NCBI GenBank assembly: GCA_003056265.1
Contig: NBVN01000002.1
Coordinates: 83,700 to 147,699, forward strand
Source of the DNA: Zestosphaera tikiterensis
Lineage (GTDB): Archaea; Thermoproteota; Thermoprotei_A; Sulfolobales; NBVN01
DNA length: 64,000 bases
Direction: 5' to 3'
In this document: positions 48,521-59,710 of the stretch, in pieces
How the letters are laid out: the number at the start of each line of letters is the position of its first letter
Position numbering within the stretch: the first letter of the stretch is position 1
Translations under genes and position numbers: made by a program
The notes under the pieces: generated by a model
What the model was told of the DNA's origin: nothing
What the model saw: the letters and a program-made list of their open reading frames with translations, nothing else
The model's database searches: none

Positions 48521-49192
48521 AACCTCATTAAGTAAGTCGGTAACCTCTAATTCGTTTCTTGAAACGCCATTAACAACTATAGACCTATTGAAGCTTAACT
48601 CACCTACAAGAACCTCATCGTTAAGAGTTAATAAAGGCTTGGTAAGAAGTTTCAACTTAGGTATGTCATTTAAATCTACAACCTTGTAAAACTCAACCTC
48701 CGAGTTAGGTAATACCAGACCAGACAGAATCGGGTGTGAAAACCATAGAGATTTAAGCAATCCCTTACAACTCCTTAACCTAACGTCATTAAGCGAATGC
48801 AGTAATGCCACATGTCTCTCCATAAGGAAGTTATTTAAGTACGTCTCTAAGCTTAAGTTGCTGCCTTCATCAATTACGGTACACCTTCTACCCTTAACAG
48901 ACGAGGGATCATCCTTAACTACCTTAGAAGGCAGCAGAGTCTCAACTAACTTCCTTAACCTACCATTACCTATAAAAACAACAGACTCAGACTCAAAAAC
49001 TTTCTTAACATCACACCAAACGTCCTCAGCTAAAACGTAATCAGGATCCCTAATCGATAAAGGCTCTGCGGCAAAAATGGAAAGTTGAGGTAAAGCAATG
49101 CGTATTGAAGAGACGCCCCTCCCTTTAACTAAGGCGGTAGTTGGTTTAAGCAATATGTAAGTATCTTCGCTATGTTCAATCAATTCACTCAC
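48491..49192 (-). CDS. hypothetical protein
   Basis: 233 aa ORF convergent with the helicase gene and overlapping it by 30 nt. I recognise no family. Confidence 0.4.
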   Translation of the reverse strand: MSELIEHSEDTYILLKPTTALVKGRGVSSIRIALPQLSIFAAEPLSIRDPDYVLAEDVWCDVKKVFESESVVFIGNGRLRKLVETLLPSKVVKDDPSSVKGRRCTVIDEGSNLSLETYLNNFLMERHVALLHSLNDVRLRSCKGLLKSLWFSHPILSGLVLPNSEVEFYKVVDLNDIPKLKLLTKPLLTLNDEVLVGELSFNRSIVVNGVSRNELEVTDLLNEVLIRAFIYVC

Positions 49193-49477
49193 TAAGCTAA
49201 GGTCTTCACTAAACCTCCTTACTAAATAAACAACACTCCCGGAATGTAACCTTATACCTAATCACCTATTCAAAAACGTTAAGCTTTCTTATATTGATTT
49301 GAAGCCAAACCATAAACATAAGCTCTTTATGTAGCGAGGGCTTAGGATGTGATATTCGGTACAATGTTCAATCAAATGGAAGGTGTGTGGCATCCACCTT
49401 GACATAACCTCATGCAGTACGGATGAAATCTATAAAATAGAGTTGAAAGATAAATATAACCTTCAATACAAAGCTAA

Positions 49478-49533
49478 ACTTGATGAAGAACCTTGTAAGG
49501 TCTGAAGCTGTGATGAAGACCAGGCTTCTGAAA
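49478..49533 (+). ncRNA. weaker C/D box sRNA candidate
   Basis: UUGAUGA (49480-49486), 15 nt, CUGA (49502-49505), 4 nt, GUGAUGA (49510-49516), 11 nt, CUGA (49528-49531). The spacing is non-canonical and it overlaps a 30-codon ORF. Confidence 0.3.
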
Positions 49534-49677
49534 TTTTATGTGGTCTTTAGAGCTGATGAGGAGGTTCTGTAAAGATGTTTCAACGTAAACTTATTCTCCG
49601 CAATTACCTATTTTACGATGTTTAAGGCATTAATAGAAAGCTTTTAATTTCCGATAAGAAATATAATATGATGTGAT

Positions 49678-49926
49678 ATGCCCGCAGCTTTAGTTCTTAT
49701 AAATACAGAGATAGGATCTGAAAGTGACGTTATGAACGCGCTATCTAAGATTGACGGCGTTAAGGAAATCTATGAGGTTTATGGTATGTACGACATAGTC
49801 GTTAAGGTCGAAGCTGAAACGCATGAAGCCCTTAGGGAGTTAGTCATTAATAAAATTAGACGTATACCTCAAGTTAGAGGAACAACTACGATGATAGTTA
49901 TTGAGCAGAGGGTAATAAGTAAGTAA
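49678..49926 (+). CDS. stand-alone Lrp/AsnC ligand-binding (RAM) domain protein
   Basis: 82 aa. ALVLINTEIGSESDVMNALSKIDGVKEIYEVYGMYDIVVKVEA shows the RAM-domain pattern, and there is no HTH. Confidence 0.75.
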   Translation: MPAALVLINTEIGSESDVMNALSKIDGVKEIYEVYGMYDIVVKVEAETHEALRELVINKIRRIPQVRGTTTMIVIEQRVISK

Positions 49927-49970
49927 GCTCTGAAAAACACTTGATTTTCCAAAAGGGGAAAAACTTAAAG

Positions 49971-50609
49971 TCAGGCTTTCTTTTTACGAATATATTCAAC
50001 CGTGTCTGGACGCACGTTTTTAGACGCTTTTTCATAACCTACGTCAAACAGCTTTAAGTTAACTTCTCTTACCTTACCTCTGCCTATGTTAGCTACTTCC
50101 TGCCTAACGCTGTCCTTAGATATTATGTTACCTTCGCTAAGGATGTATGTAGTAAAACCAAGCAGCACTATGTTGGCTCCGTAGGGATTGCCTAGATTTA
50201 AAGACTCTTCAGAAGCGTTAACTAAGTAGAAATGTTTTACGGCGTTAGCTACCCTTATAAGATCGTCTCTACTGGGTAATACGATCTTGGGGATGGAAGG
50301 ACGGATGATCTTATCGTTAGAAATTAATATGGAGTCCTTCTGCTGCATTGAGATGTTTCTAACAGCTTCAATTAACTCAAGCGATACATGTATGTCAACC
50401 TCCCCCTCAGGTATTAAAGGAGCTGATAACTCGTCATTGCCTATCCTGACGTGCACCACTACAGAGCCTCCACGTTGACTTAATCCATGTGTTTCAGCTA
50501 CGTATGCTTTCATGCCTTCCTTTATAGCTGCCTGGCCTAATAACCTAGCTAGAGTAAGGAGTCCTTGGCCGCCAACACCTGAAACTAATATGTTAATCAA
50601 CATCCTCAC
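49971..50609 (-). CDS. iorB: indolepyruvate:ferredoxin oxidoreductase beta subunit
   Basis: 212 aa with the GVGGQGLLT motif. It overlaps iorA by 4 nt. Confidence 0.8.
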   Translation of the reverse strand: MRMLINILVSGVGGQGLLTLARLLGQAAIKEGMKAYVAETHGLSQRGGSVVVHVRIGNDELSAPLIPEGEVDIHVSLELIEAVRNISMQQKDSILISNDKIIRPSIPKIVLPSRDDLIRVANAVKHFYLVNASEESLNLGNPYGANIVLLGFTTYILSEGNIISKDSVRQEVANIGRGKVREVNLKLFDVGYEKASKNVRPDTVEYIRKKKA

Positions 50610-52504
50610 CTCCAGTACTTCTCCACCTCTTCCTGGTCGTACTCTTCAGAAGGAACTATAGCTTTTGTGGGACATACTTGAACGCATGCTGCGCAACCTA
50701 CACACAGCTCCGGATCTATAGACGCTTTTCTATTGCTTAAAGAGGTTATCGCTGGGCATGAGAACCAGTCATAACATATGCCGCAACCTATACATTTATC
50801 CTCAAGTACTTTAAACGTAACGTATTTAACGCCCGCTCGAGTTAAATCCCTAACGACCTCTAAAGCACATCTCCTCCTAACAACAACCACAGCAGGTTCT
50901 CTATTCGTTTTAACGTACTCTACAGCCTTCTTCAGAACTTCACGAACTTTTTTAATGTCGAAGGGATCCACAACTTCAACGAACTTAACCCCTATGCCTC
51001 GGGCAACCTCTTCTATAAGTATCGGTTGTAGATTGCCGTCCCTTCTGGAGGAAGGCGCTGGTTGATGACCCGTCATAGCAGTTACTTCGTTATCTAACAC
51101 AACTGTAATGAGGGGTTTCCTTAACCAAACAGCGTTTACGAGCGGTGGAAGACCGGCATGGTAGAACGTAGAATCGCCTATAGTAGCTATAACGACATCT
51201 TCTGTCACTACGCTTAACCCACCACCTACACCTATACTACTTCCCATCTCAATCGTAACGTCCTGAAGGTTGTATGGGGGATTATACGCTAGTGAATAAC
51301 ACCCTATATCTCCAGAGATAATGTAGGGTAGTTTCTCTTGGGTTAAGAACCTCCTTAACTCGAAGAAGAACGGCCTGTAGGGACATCCGGGGCAGAACGT
51401 AGGGGGTCTAGGCGGTAATTTAACATCTACCGTTAATGGAGTTGAGTCAGTACTTAATAACCGCACCCCCATAAACTCCGCGATGGCTTTCCTAACTCTA
51501 TAGTGTGTGAGTTCAAACTCCATACCAACTAAGTCCTTACCTCTAACAGGTATTTTAACGCCTTCGTCATAAAGTATCGATTTAACTTCTTTCTCAACTA
51601 ATGGATCAAGCTCCTCAACTACGAGTACGTTCTCAACGTCCTCAACGCTTTTAAGCAGGAGATCCCTAGGTAATGGGTACGTAGTAGCTAACTTAAGTAT
51701 TTTAACTTTATCCTCAACGCCTAAATACTTAACCGCCTCCCTAACATACCCGTAAGCTAACCCTGAAGCAACTATTAAGCTCTTCCCATCCCCTTGAATT
51801 GAGTTGAACGGAAACTCATTCACGGCTTTGGAGATTTCCTTCCACTTCTGTAAAAGCCTCTGTTTGTTTCTTCGCGCGTTAGCAGGCACTACAACATACC
51901 TGTCCTCTTTGTTAAACTTACCTTTAACTTTAGGTTCTGGTATAGGGCCTAGATCAACATATCCTCTAGTATGGCTAACTCTAGTTGTAGTTCTTAACAA
52001 CACCGGATGTTTAAACCTAGAACTAAACTCAAAAACAGCCTTAGTTAAGTCTTTAGCTTCAGTAGCATCGTAGGGCTCAAAAACAGGTACGAAGGCGTGA
52101 ACTCCAAACCATCTGTTGTCTTGCTCGTTCTGGCTGCTATGCATACTGGGGTCGTCTGCGGTAACGATAACAAAACTTTCTTCAACCCCCGTATAAGCTG
52201 CGCTCATAAACGGGTCGGCCGCTACGTTTAAACCTACGTGCTTCATAGCGGTTAAAGACTTAACCCCAGCTATTGCAGCAGCGTATGCCGTCTCGAAAGC
52301 TACCTTCTCATTAACACTCCATTCAACGTAGATGCCTAAAATGTCTTTAACACTCATTAACGATTCGACAATCTCTGAAGAGGGTGTACCTGGGTAAGCC
52401 GCAGCTACCCCCAACCCAGCCTCCAAAGCTCCGCGGGCGATGGCTTCATTACCTAAAAGAAAGTGTCTCCCACCGCTTAACCTGGCTAAACTACTAAAGC
52501 TCAC
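50606..52504 (-). CDS. iorA: indolepyruvate:ferredoxin oxidoreductase alpha subunit
   Basis: 632 aa with LLGNEAIARGALEAG, a TPP-binding region (GDSTFYHAG) and two C-terminal 4Fe-4S motifs (CIGCGIC, CVGCAACVQVCP). Confidence 0.85.
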   Translation of the reverse strand: MSFSSLARLSGGRHFLLGNEAIARGALEAGLGVAAAYPGTPSSEIVESLMSVKDILGIYVEWSVNEKVAFETAYAAAIAGVKSLTAMKHVGLNVAADPFMSAAYTGVEESFVIVTADDPSMHSSQNEQDNRWFGVHAFVPVFEPYDATEAKDLTKAVFEFSSRFKHPVLLRTTTRVSHTRGYVDLGPIPEPKVKGKFNKEDRYVVVPANARRNKQRLLQKWKEISKAVNEFPFNSIQGDGKSLIVASGLAYGYVREAVKYLGVEDKVKILKLATTYPLPRDLLLKSVEDVENVLVVEELDPLVEKEVKSILYDEGVKIPVRGKDLVGMEFELTHYRVRKAIAEFMGVRLLSTDSTPLTVDVKLPPRPPTFCPGCPYRPFFFELRRFLTQEKLPYIISGDIGCYSLAYNPPYNLQDVTIEMGSSIGVGGGLSVVTEDVVIATIGDSTFYHAGLPPLVNAVWLRKPLITVVLDNEVTAMTGHQPAPSSRRDGNLQPILIEEVARGIGVKFVEVVDPFDIKKVREVLKKAVEYVKTNREPAVVVVRRRCALEVVRDLTRAGVKYVTFKVLEDKCIGCGICYDWFSCPAITSLSNRKASIDPELCVGCAACVQVCPTKAIVPSEEYDQEEVEKYWR

Positions 52505-52536
52505 GTTTTTACCCTAATAATTTAAGTTATAGAAAG

Positions 52537-54156
52537 TTATATAGTGATCCTTGTTAGAATTGTTTTAACAAACCTAAAGAATATTGGTGATGGTGATATA
52601 GGTCTACTCTTAAACTCGGGATGGAATTGCGTGCCTAAGTAAAACTCGTTACCTTTAAGCTCCATAACTTCAGGGAACCCTTCCTCACTAAATCCGCTGA
52701 CTTTAAATCCAGAGCTTTCGAAATCATCTATATATGCTGGGTTTACCTGATATCTATGTCTGTGTCTCTCATATATGATTTCAGCGTTTCCGTAGATATC
52801 GCTTATTAACGTGTTCGGCACTAACCTCACAGGCAACGCCCCTAACCTCATAGTACCTCCCTTGACTAAGACGTTTTTCTGATAGCTAAGTAAATCCACA
52901 ACAGGATGTGGGGTGGTTGGATCCACTTCAGTTGTGTTGGCTCTTTCATACCCTAATACGTTCCTAGCATATTCAACAACCATTAACTGAAGACCAAAGC
53001 AAATTCCCAATACCGGCTTTCCAACCTCTCTTAAGTACCTTATAGCTTTTATCTTGCCTTCAACACCTCTAGCTCCAAATCCAGGCAATATTATAGCACC
53101 ATCAACACCGTCTAAAACGCTTCCTACGTCTAGATTACCTTTCTCTATATCCGTTGCTTCAACCCATATAAACTCAGGCTTAACCCTTTGATTTAATGAA
53201 GCATGCTTAACTGCTTCAACGATACTTAAGTAGCTATCCTTAAGTTTAGTGTACTTCCCTACCATACCTATCCTTACCTTCTTAGTGGAGGATCTGTAAT
53301 TCTCTATTAACACCTTCCAAGCACTTAAGTCAGGTTCCCTATAATTAAGTCTTAGCTTATCGGATACGGCTTTCGTAAGTCCTTCGCTATGGAGTATTAA
53401 AGGAACCTCATAAATTATATCCACGTCTGGATTGCTGAATATGAAGTTTTCGGGTAGATTACCATAAAGGGATAGTTTCCTCCGCGCATCACCGTCTAAA
53501 GCTTCTGAAGCCCTAGCTACGATAATATCCGGTTGAATACCTATTCGCCTTAACTCCTGCATACTGTGTTGAGCAGGTTTTGTCTTCAGCTCACCCGTAG
53601 TTGATAATTTAGGAACTAAAACCACATGCACAAAAACCACGTTTTCAAGGCCTTTCTCTAACCTCATCTGCCTAGCAGCTTCTAAAAAAGGCAAGCCCTC
53701 TATATCTCCTACCGTACCCCCTATTTCAACTATGGTTACATCGCTTTCATATCTGTTAGCTATCTGTTCTATCTCACTTTTTATCTCGTCAGTTACGTGG
53801 GGAATCACCTGTACGGTCTGACCTAAGTAATCCCCTCTTCTCTCCTTCTCTATAACAGCTCTATAGATCTTACCCGTAGTTATGTTGTTGTCCTTAGATA
53901 GATTCACGCCTAAAAACCTTTCGTAATGGCCTAAGTCTAAATCTGTTTCACCACCATCTTCAGTTACGAAAACTTCTCCATGCATGTAGGGATTCATAGT
54001 ACCTGCGTCTACGTTTACGTAAGGATCTATCTTAATTGCTGTGACGTTATACCCAAGCAACTTAATTAGAAGGGCTATGGAGGCTGTAGTAACACCCTTA
54101 CCCAAACCCGAAAGTACCCCGCCAGTAACGAACACATACTTCCTAACCGTTTTCAA
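52537..54156 (-). CDS. pyrG: CTP synthase
   Basis: 539 aa with [15 protein letters not shown] and the glutaminase GICFGLQ motif. Confidence 0.93.
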   Translation of the reverse strand: MKTVRKYVFVTGGVLSGLGKGVTTASIALLIKLLGYNVTAIKIDPYVNVDAGTMNPYMHGEVFVTEDGGETDLDLGHYERFLGVNLSKDNNITTGKIYRAVIEKERRGDYLGQTVQVIPHVTDEIKSEIEQIANRYESDVTIVEIGGTVGDIEGLPFLEAARQMRLEKGLENVVFVHVVLVPKLSTTGELKTKPAQHSMQELRRIGIQPDIIVARASEALDGDARRKLSLYGNLPENFIFSNPDVDIIYEVPLILHSEGLTKAVSDKLRLNYREPDLSAWKVLIENYRSSTKKVRIGMVGKYTKLKDSYLSIVEAVKHASLNQRVKPEFIWVEATDIEKGNLDVGSVLDGVDGAIILPGFGARGVEGKIKAIRYLREVGKPVLGICFGLQLMVVEYARNVLGYERANTTEVDPTTPHPVVDLLSYQKNVLVKGGTMRLGALPVRLVPNTLISDIYGNAEIIYERHRHRYQVNPAYIDDFESSGFKVSGFSEEGFPEVMELKGNEFYLGTQFHPEFKSRPISPSPIFFRFVKTILTRITI

Positions 54157-54262
54157 CCACCTTAAACGATATGAATTTTGTATCGAAGGTTTAAAGTTAT
54201 TAATGTTTAATCTTAATATAGAGATAAATTAAATAACCTAACACTTTAAAAGGTGTTAAGTA

Positions 54263-57200
54263 TTGAAGTCTTTCTACAGGAGTTGGAGAGTGTTAATAAA
54301 GAACATGTGCCCTAACTGCGGCGGCATTATTGCTGAGGAAAGGTTGAGTAAAGGACTTCCATGCAGTTCGTGTGTCCCAGACGAAGCCCTCTTAGAGGGT
54401 GGGGAAGTAGACCTCCCTAAGGTTTTGAGCAACCTAAACAAAGGTTTCAAACTTCTTGACTTATTCCTAATGGAGGACGAACTAAAAAGATTTGAGGAGT
54501 TCTTCACGACAGTTACTAAAGGTAAGAAACTATGGAGTATTCAAAGGTCGTGGGTTAAGAGGATGTTAAGCGGGGAATCATTCGCTTTAATCGCTCCTAC
54601 AGGTGTAGGTAAGTCAACGCTACTTCAGGTATACACTCTTTATAACGCATTTAAGGGTAAAGCAGTGCTCTACTTAGTGCCTACAAGACAGCTAATGACT
54701 CAAGTTGCTCAATCGATTAAATCGATGAGCAACAGTAACGTAATAGTTACGACCTCAGACAACTTTAAAGAATATTTTCAGATGAGGGATTCAGGTAGGG
54801 TTGATATCCTTACTCACGCATTCATATACAAGAACTTAAGCTCTTTTAATGGCTTAAGATATGACGTCATCGTCGTCGACGACTTTGACGCTTTACTTAA
54901 GTCTTCAACCATCGTTAACGTACTTCTTAATCTACTCGGTATATCCAAAACAGCTTTGGATTTAGCTACTAAAGTGTTGCAGGCGAAGCAGGAAGCTGTC
55001 ATATATAAGTACTTAGGTAACGTCGAGAAAATGCGTGAATTGTTTGTTCAAATAGAGAACTTAGAGTTAAACTTAGCTAAGAACTTAAACTACGTTAACG
55101 TAGGTCAATTGCTAATAGCTAGTGCTACTGGAAGAGGCAGGGGCAGTAGAGTTAGAATACTTAGGGAATTGCTTGGGTTTGAGCTAGGTTCCATAACGGA
55201 TTACATGCGTAACATAGTTGAAGCGTATCAACCTCTAAACTACCGGGAGTTGGTTGAGCTTCTGAAAAAACTCACTGGAGGAACTTTAATATTCGTAAGT
55301 AAGGATCTGGGCTTAAGTAAGGCTAAGGAGCTTACGAATATGTTAAAGGCTGAAGGGTTTAAAGTAAGTCTAGCTAATTCAAGAAGAGCCCTCGATAAGA
55401 TGAGGAACGGTGAAGTCGACATCTTAGTTGGTGTTTCCACGTATTACGGAATCTTAACTAGAGGTATTGATGAACCCTTACGGATATACAACACAGTTTT
55501 TATGGGCATACCTAAATTCGAGTTAAGCTTAGACGCTATGCTTTTAAACCCTGTAAGCTTAGCTAAGTTGATAGGTGAGTTACCTAAGCATGGATTTAAA
55601 CCAAGCACTGAAGATATAAACGTCGTTAAAGCCATAAGCAGATTAAATAGTGGTTCGTTGAAGGTACTTCAAAAAGGTCTTAAAGGGTTTATAGATCTTA
55701 ACGGCTATCTAAAGGAGTTAAGCACGTTGATTTTATTAACTGCTGATAGAATACGTAAATTCGTTGAGGAAGAGTTAAGCAAGTCTGGAAAGCTCGTGTT
55801 AAGTCACTTAGTTATAAAGAGAAAAGATAAGGACATAGTGTGCGTGATACCGGACGTTATGACTTACATTCAAGCATCAGGAAGAAGTAGTAGATTACTT
55901 AACGGCAGGATGACTTTAGGATTATCCGTAATATTCTTTGACGACGAGGATCTGCTTAAGATCTTCATTAACAGAATTAAGAATTACATAAACAACTATA
56001 CGCTAAAGCCGTTAAACCAAATCGACCTTAACTACGTTAAAGAACAGCAGAGACTTTCTAGGTCGTTAAGTAGTTACTCAAGCATGTCCATAGATAGGAT
56101 TCGATCAGCCTTAGTCGTTGTTGAATCACCAACTAAGGCTAAAACCATAGCTAAAATGTTTGGAACACCCGGCAAGAGAATACTTGGGGATTACGTAGCC
56201 TACGAGACTGTTGTATCTTTAGGTGATAAAGTATATGTGGTCACTATAGCGCCTACGTTAGGGCATTTACTAGATATTACGATTGGGGAGGGGCTTCACG
56301 GCGTATTAATGAATGAAGACGGTGATGTCACCCCGATTTACACGACTTTAAAGAGGTGCTACAGCTGCGGCCATCAATTCACAGAGGATAGGAGCAACTG
56401 CCCTAAATGCGGTTCTGGGAGGATTAGGGACAGCAAAAAAATAATTGAAGCACTTAGGAAAATCGCTAAGGAAGTTGATGAAGTCTTCATTGCTACAGAT
56501 CCAGACGACGAAGGTGAGAAAATAGCTTACGATGTTTTCATATCTGTAAAGCCATTTAATAAAAACGTGAAGAGGGTTGAGTTCCATGAAGTAACTCGAC
56601 AAGCGTTTATTAAAGCCTTAAGCAGTCCTAGGGCAATTGATTCCCATAGAGTTAATGCTCAAATAGTACGTAGAGTTGATGATAGACTACTAGGATTTGA
56701 ATTAAGTAATATCCTGCAAACCAAGTTCGATAAGCAATGGCTGGGTGGGGGTAGGGTTCAAACACCCGTTTTAAAGTGGGTTGTTGATAAATATGTGGAA
56801 TACATCAACAACAAAGGCTATAAAGTAGTGATTTACCTGCCTAACGAACTTAAAGTTAATTTCTTCTTTGAAAACGAAGAGGATATGCGAAGGTTACTCA
56901 CCGCGTTAAATAAGGAACCGGTGCGTTTAGAGGTACTTGATGAAAAAGAGAAAGATGTGAATCCCCTACCTCCCTACACTACCGACACGATACTCAGCGA
57001 AGCTACTAAAACACTAAAGTTAAGCCCTACCGCGGTAATGAAAGGTCTGCAAGAACTTTTTGAGTTAGGTTACATCACCTACCACAGAACAGATAGTACG
57101 CATGTTTCTAATGTCGGCATTGAAATCGCTAGAGAGTATTTCAGTAACAGGCCGGAACTTCAGGAGATTTTCACACCTAGAAGTTGGGGTACGGAGGGCA

Positions 57201-57913
57201 CTCACGAGTGCATTAGACCTACTAAACCTATAGAGAAAATCGATGAAGACTTTTGGAACGCGGTTGCTTCAAACCTTACGTGGATTCATAAATCATTATA
57301 TGACATGATATTCCGGAGGTTTATGGCTAGTCAAGCAGGTCAGGCAAAAATCCTCTATAAGAAAGTTAAGATATCTATTGACTCATATGAAGTTATAGCT
57401 GAATACCCCGTTAGAATACTTAAAGTCGGCTTCACGAGGTTAACACCTATACGAATATATGAAGAGTTAGATAGAGTCGAAAGATTCGCTGAGGTGAAAC
57501 CGATAAAAGTAGATCACTTCAAATCCTCGAAAGCTACTCTATTTTCGACGTCAGACGTTATTAGGTTAATGAAGGAAAACCGTATAGGGCGACCAAGCAC
57601 ATATGCGAAAGCCATAGAAAATAATCTAAGGCACGGTTACGTAGTATTATCTAAGAAGAAGCAGTTCATCATACCTACGAAGACAGGACTTGAAGTAGTT
57701 AATTTCATACAGGGTAGGTATCCATATCTAACAACACCTCAATTCACAAGAGATTTGGAAGCACTTCTGGAGTTGGTTAGGTCAGGCAGAATCAGCCGAG
57801 ATAAAGCACTTACATTCATACTAAGTGATGTAATAGTCCTTAGAACGCTGAACAACATAGTTGCTGAGGCGGATAAAACCTTAGTTGCGGATAACTCAGC
57901 CATAGCTGACTAG
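54263..57913 (+). CDS. rgy: reverse gyrase
   Basis: 1216 aa. Features are an N-terminal zinc finger CPNCGG...CSSC, helicase APTGVGKS and VVDDFD, Toprim ESPTKAKTI and DPDDEGE, and the topoisomerase IA active-site YITYHRTDS. An alternative start is ATG 54305. Confidence 0.95.
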   Translation: MKSFYRSWRVLIKNMCPNCGGIIAEERLSKGLPCSSCVPDEALLEGGEVDLPKVLSNLNKGFKLLDLFLMEDELKRFEEFFTTVTKGKKLWSIQRSWVKRMLSGESFALIAPTGVGKSTLLQVYTLYNAFKGKAVLYLVPTRQLMTQVAQSIKSMSNSNVIVTTSDNFKEYFQMRDSGRVDILTHAFIYKNLSSFNGLRYDVIVVDDFDALLKSSTIVNVLLNLLGISKTALDLATKVLQAKQEAVIYKYLGNVEKMRELFVQIENLELNLAKNLNYVNVGQLLIASATGRGRGSRVRILRELLGFELGSITDYMRNIVEAYQPLNYRELVELLKKLTGGTLIFVSKDLGLSKAKELTNMLKAEGFKVSLANSRRALDKMRNGEVDILVGVSTYYGILTRGIDEPLRIYNTVFMGIPKFELSLDAMLLNPVSLAKLIGELPKHGFKPSTEDINVVKAISRLNSGSLKVLQKGLKGFIDLNGYLKELSTLILLTADRIRKFVEEELSKSGKLVLSHLVIKRKDKDIVCVIPDVMTYIQASGRSSRLLNGRMTLGLSVIFFDDEDLLKIFINRIKNYINNYTLKPLNQIDLNYVKEQQRLSRSLSSYSSMSIDRIRSALVVVESPTKAKTIAKMFGTPGKRILGDYVAYETVVSLGDKVYVVTIAPTLGHLLDITIGEGLHGVLMNEDGDVTPIYTTLKRCYSCGHQFTEDRSNCPKCGSGRIRDSKKIIEALRKIAKEVDEVFIATDPDDEGEKIAYDVFISVKPFNKNVKRVEFHEVTRQAFIKALSSPRAIDSHRVNAQIVRRVDDRLLGFELSNILQTKFDKQWLGGGRVQTPVLKWVVDKYVEYINNKGYKVVIYLPNELKVNFFFENEEDMRRLLTALNKEPVRLEVLDEKEKDVNPLPPYTTDTILSEATKTLKLSPTAVMKGLQELFELGYITYHRTDSTHVSNVGIEIAREYFSNRPELQEIFTPRSWGTEGTHECIRPTKPIEKIDEDFWNAVASNLTWIHKSLYDMIFRRFMASQAGQAKILYKKVKISIDSYEVIAEYPVRILKVGFTRLTPIRIYEELDRVERFAEVKPIKVDHFKSSKATLFSTSDVIRLMKENRIGRPSTYAKAIENNLRHGYVVLSKKKQFIIPTKTGLEVVNFIQGRYPYLTTPQFTRDLEALLELVRSGRISRDKALTFILSDVIVLRTLNNIVAEADKTLVADNSAIAD

Positions 57914-58293
57914 GTTTTAAACGCTTTAAACTAGATAGTTTCTATTATTATGAGGTATCAAACACTTGAGAATAAGACTACTGGCCTTAACGAATGAACT
58001 ACTTAGGAAGATATTTACGTTGATGAGCTTAATCCTAAGCGCTATCTACATAGCTTTAGTAGCTCTAGATATGTTTATAATCTACCTAGAGATTCGATTC
58101 GCTACTTTTAAGAACCTACTGTTGTTTAGACTAATACTTACACTTAATGGATTGCCAACTGACGTTAGGGCTGTGCTTACGTCAACATATAGAAATGGTT
58201 TGAAAACGATCAGGTTTAATTTAAAGGATCTCCTCAGAAGTTTTAGATGACTACATCCGACCCAACAAAACTTGCTTAACCACTTCCCACCTT

Positions 58294-59250
58294 TTATTTA
58301 AAAAGCCTAGTGCTAAAGTATCTAGCGGCATAATCCGGCAATATAGTCACGATCTTACTGCCTTCACTTAAGTTAAACCTTCTCGCTATCTTTATAGCTG
58401 CCATTACATTAGCGCCTGAGGAGATTCCTACAGCAAGGCCTTCATACCTGGCTAGTTTTTTAGCCATGGAAATAGCTTCATCAGACGTAACCACTTCGAA
58501 ATGATCTATGAGGTGCCTGTATTTTCTAATTATGTTTGGTACAAAACCGTCTCCCACACCCTCTATTTCATGTCTTCCCCAAGGCCCTTCCTTACCTGTA
58601 TAGAACCAATGATAAGCAACTGGACATTCAGCAGGTTCAGCACCTACTATTAAGGTTTTAGGGTTTCTTTCCTTAAGTCTCTTAGCTATACCTACTAAAG
58701 TTCCACCCGTACCTATATGCGCTACGAAGGCATCTACAGAGTTTAGCTGCTGTAATATCTCAGCTCCTGTAGTCTCATAATGTGCTTCCACATTAGCTTC
58801 ATCATCCCATTGATCTAGGAATACGTACTTATCTGGGTGTTTTTCCTCAAGTTCTTTACCGTATTTAAGTGCTGCGAAAGCGTCTGATTCGCCTCCCGGC
58901 ACTTTAACTATTTCAGCTCCGTAATGACTTATTAACATAAACCTTTCCGCACTCATTTCCTCAGGAATTACAATCATTACTTTATAACCTAAAGCAGCGC
59001 CTAAAGCAGCGAAGGCTATCCCCGTATTTCCTGTAGTAGCAACTACTATAGTTTTATCTTTAGTAAGCCTTCCCTCCCTCTCCGCCTTTTTAATCATGTA
59101 CAAAGCCATTCTATCCTTTACACTCCCTGTAGGATTCATAAACTCCAGCTTAACCCAAATCTCCGCCTTTACGTCTTCAGGTATTGACCTCCCAAGCCTA
59201 ATTATTGGCGTGTTTCCGATAACGTCAGCTATACTTACGCCTCTTTTCAT
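58294..59250 (-). CDS. PLP-dependent cysteine synthase family protein (CysK/CysM/CBS-like)
   Basis: 318 aa with NPTGSVKDR (PLP lysine) and TTGNTGIA. Confidence 0.85.
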   Translation of the reverse strand: MKRGVSIADVIGNTPIIRLGRSIPEDVKAEIWVKLEFMNPTGSVKDRMALYMIKKAEREGRLTKDKTIVVATTGNTGIAFAALGAALGYKVMIVIPEEMSAERFMLISHYGAEIVKVPGGESDAFAALKYGKELEEKHPDKYVFLDQWDDEANVEAHYETTGAEILQQLNSVDAFVAHIGTGGTLVGIAKRLKERNPKTLIVGAEPAECPVAYHWFYTGKEGPWGRHEIEGVGDGFVPNIIRKYRHLIDHFEVVTSDEAISMAKKLARYEGLAVGISSGANVMAAIKIARRFNLSEGSKIVTILPDYAARYFSTRLFK

Positions 59251-59585
59251 TTAAGACACCATGTATACCTGCTGTATGTTATTAATATAAAGTATTTTAT
59301 GTCGTTATGTAAATTAACTCTTCTTAGACGAGAGAGTGACCTTACCAAAGTCGTGAACTTAGGAGTTACTGTAGTGCTTTACAACCGAGAGCCTCGTTAT
59401 TTGTGGTGGGGATGGGAAGGTTTTATATAATTGCTTTTAGTTTACTCTTGATTGCAGTGTTTAATATGGTGGTGTAGTATAGGTTGTGTTTAATTAATTG
59501 CTTGGTGTTTACCTCCCACATGAATGCTTGAGACCTTCGGAGGTCGATGATTGGTGAAGGTATTCCATAACCTCGAGACCCTATG

Positions 59586-59710
59586 GGATAGGGATAATGG
59601 GTCGGAGGCCCGGCCCGGAGGTGGGTGAGGTGGGTGGAGAGAGATGCGTCTTCAAGCCGATGAACTGCCTGAGGAGGAATCCCCACCCCTCAGGACGGGG
59701 AGGAGATTAG
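59586..59710 (+). repeat. GC-rich structured element, copy B (partner at 21248-21357)
   Basis: A GC island between cysteine synthase and the PHP gene. It shares sequence blocks with copy A, has a hairpin at 59599-59616, and overlaps the last ~19 codons of the PHP ORF. Confidence 0.6.

Noticed and set aside
57966-58250. 94-aa hydrophobic ORF after reverse gyrase.
   Set aside because: It may be a real small membrane protein, but it starts at TTG, shows no family signal, and sits in an AT-rich spacer where such ORFs arise by chance. The support is not enough to call it a gene.
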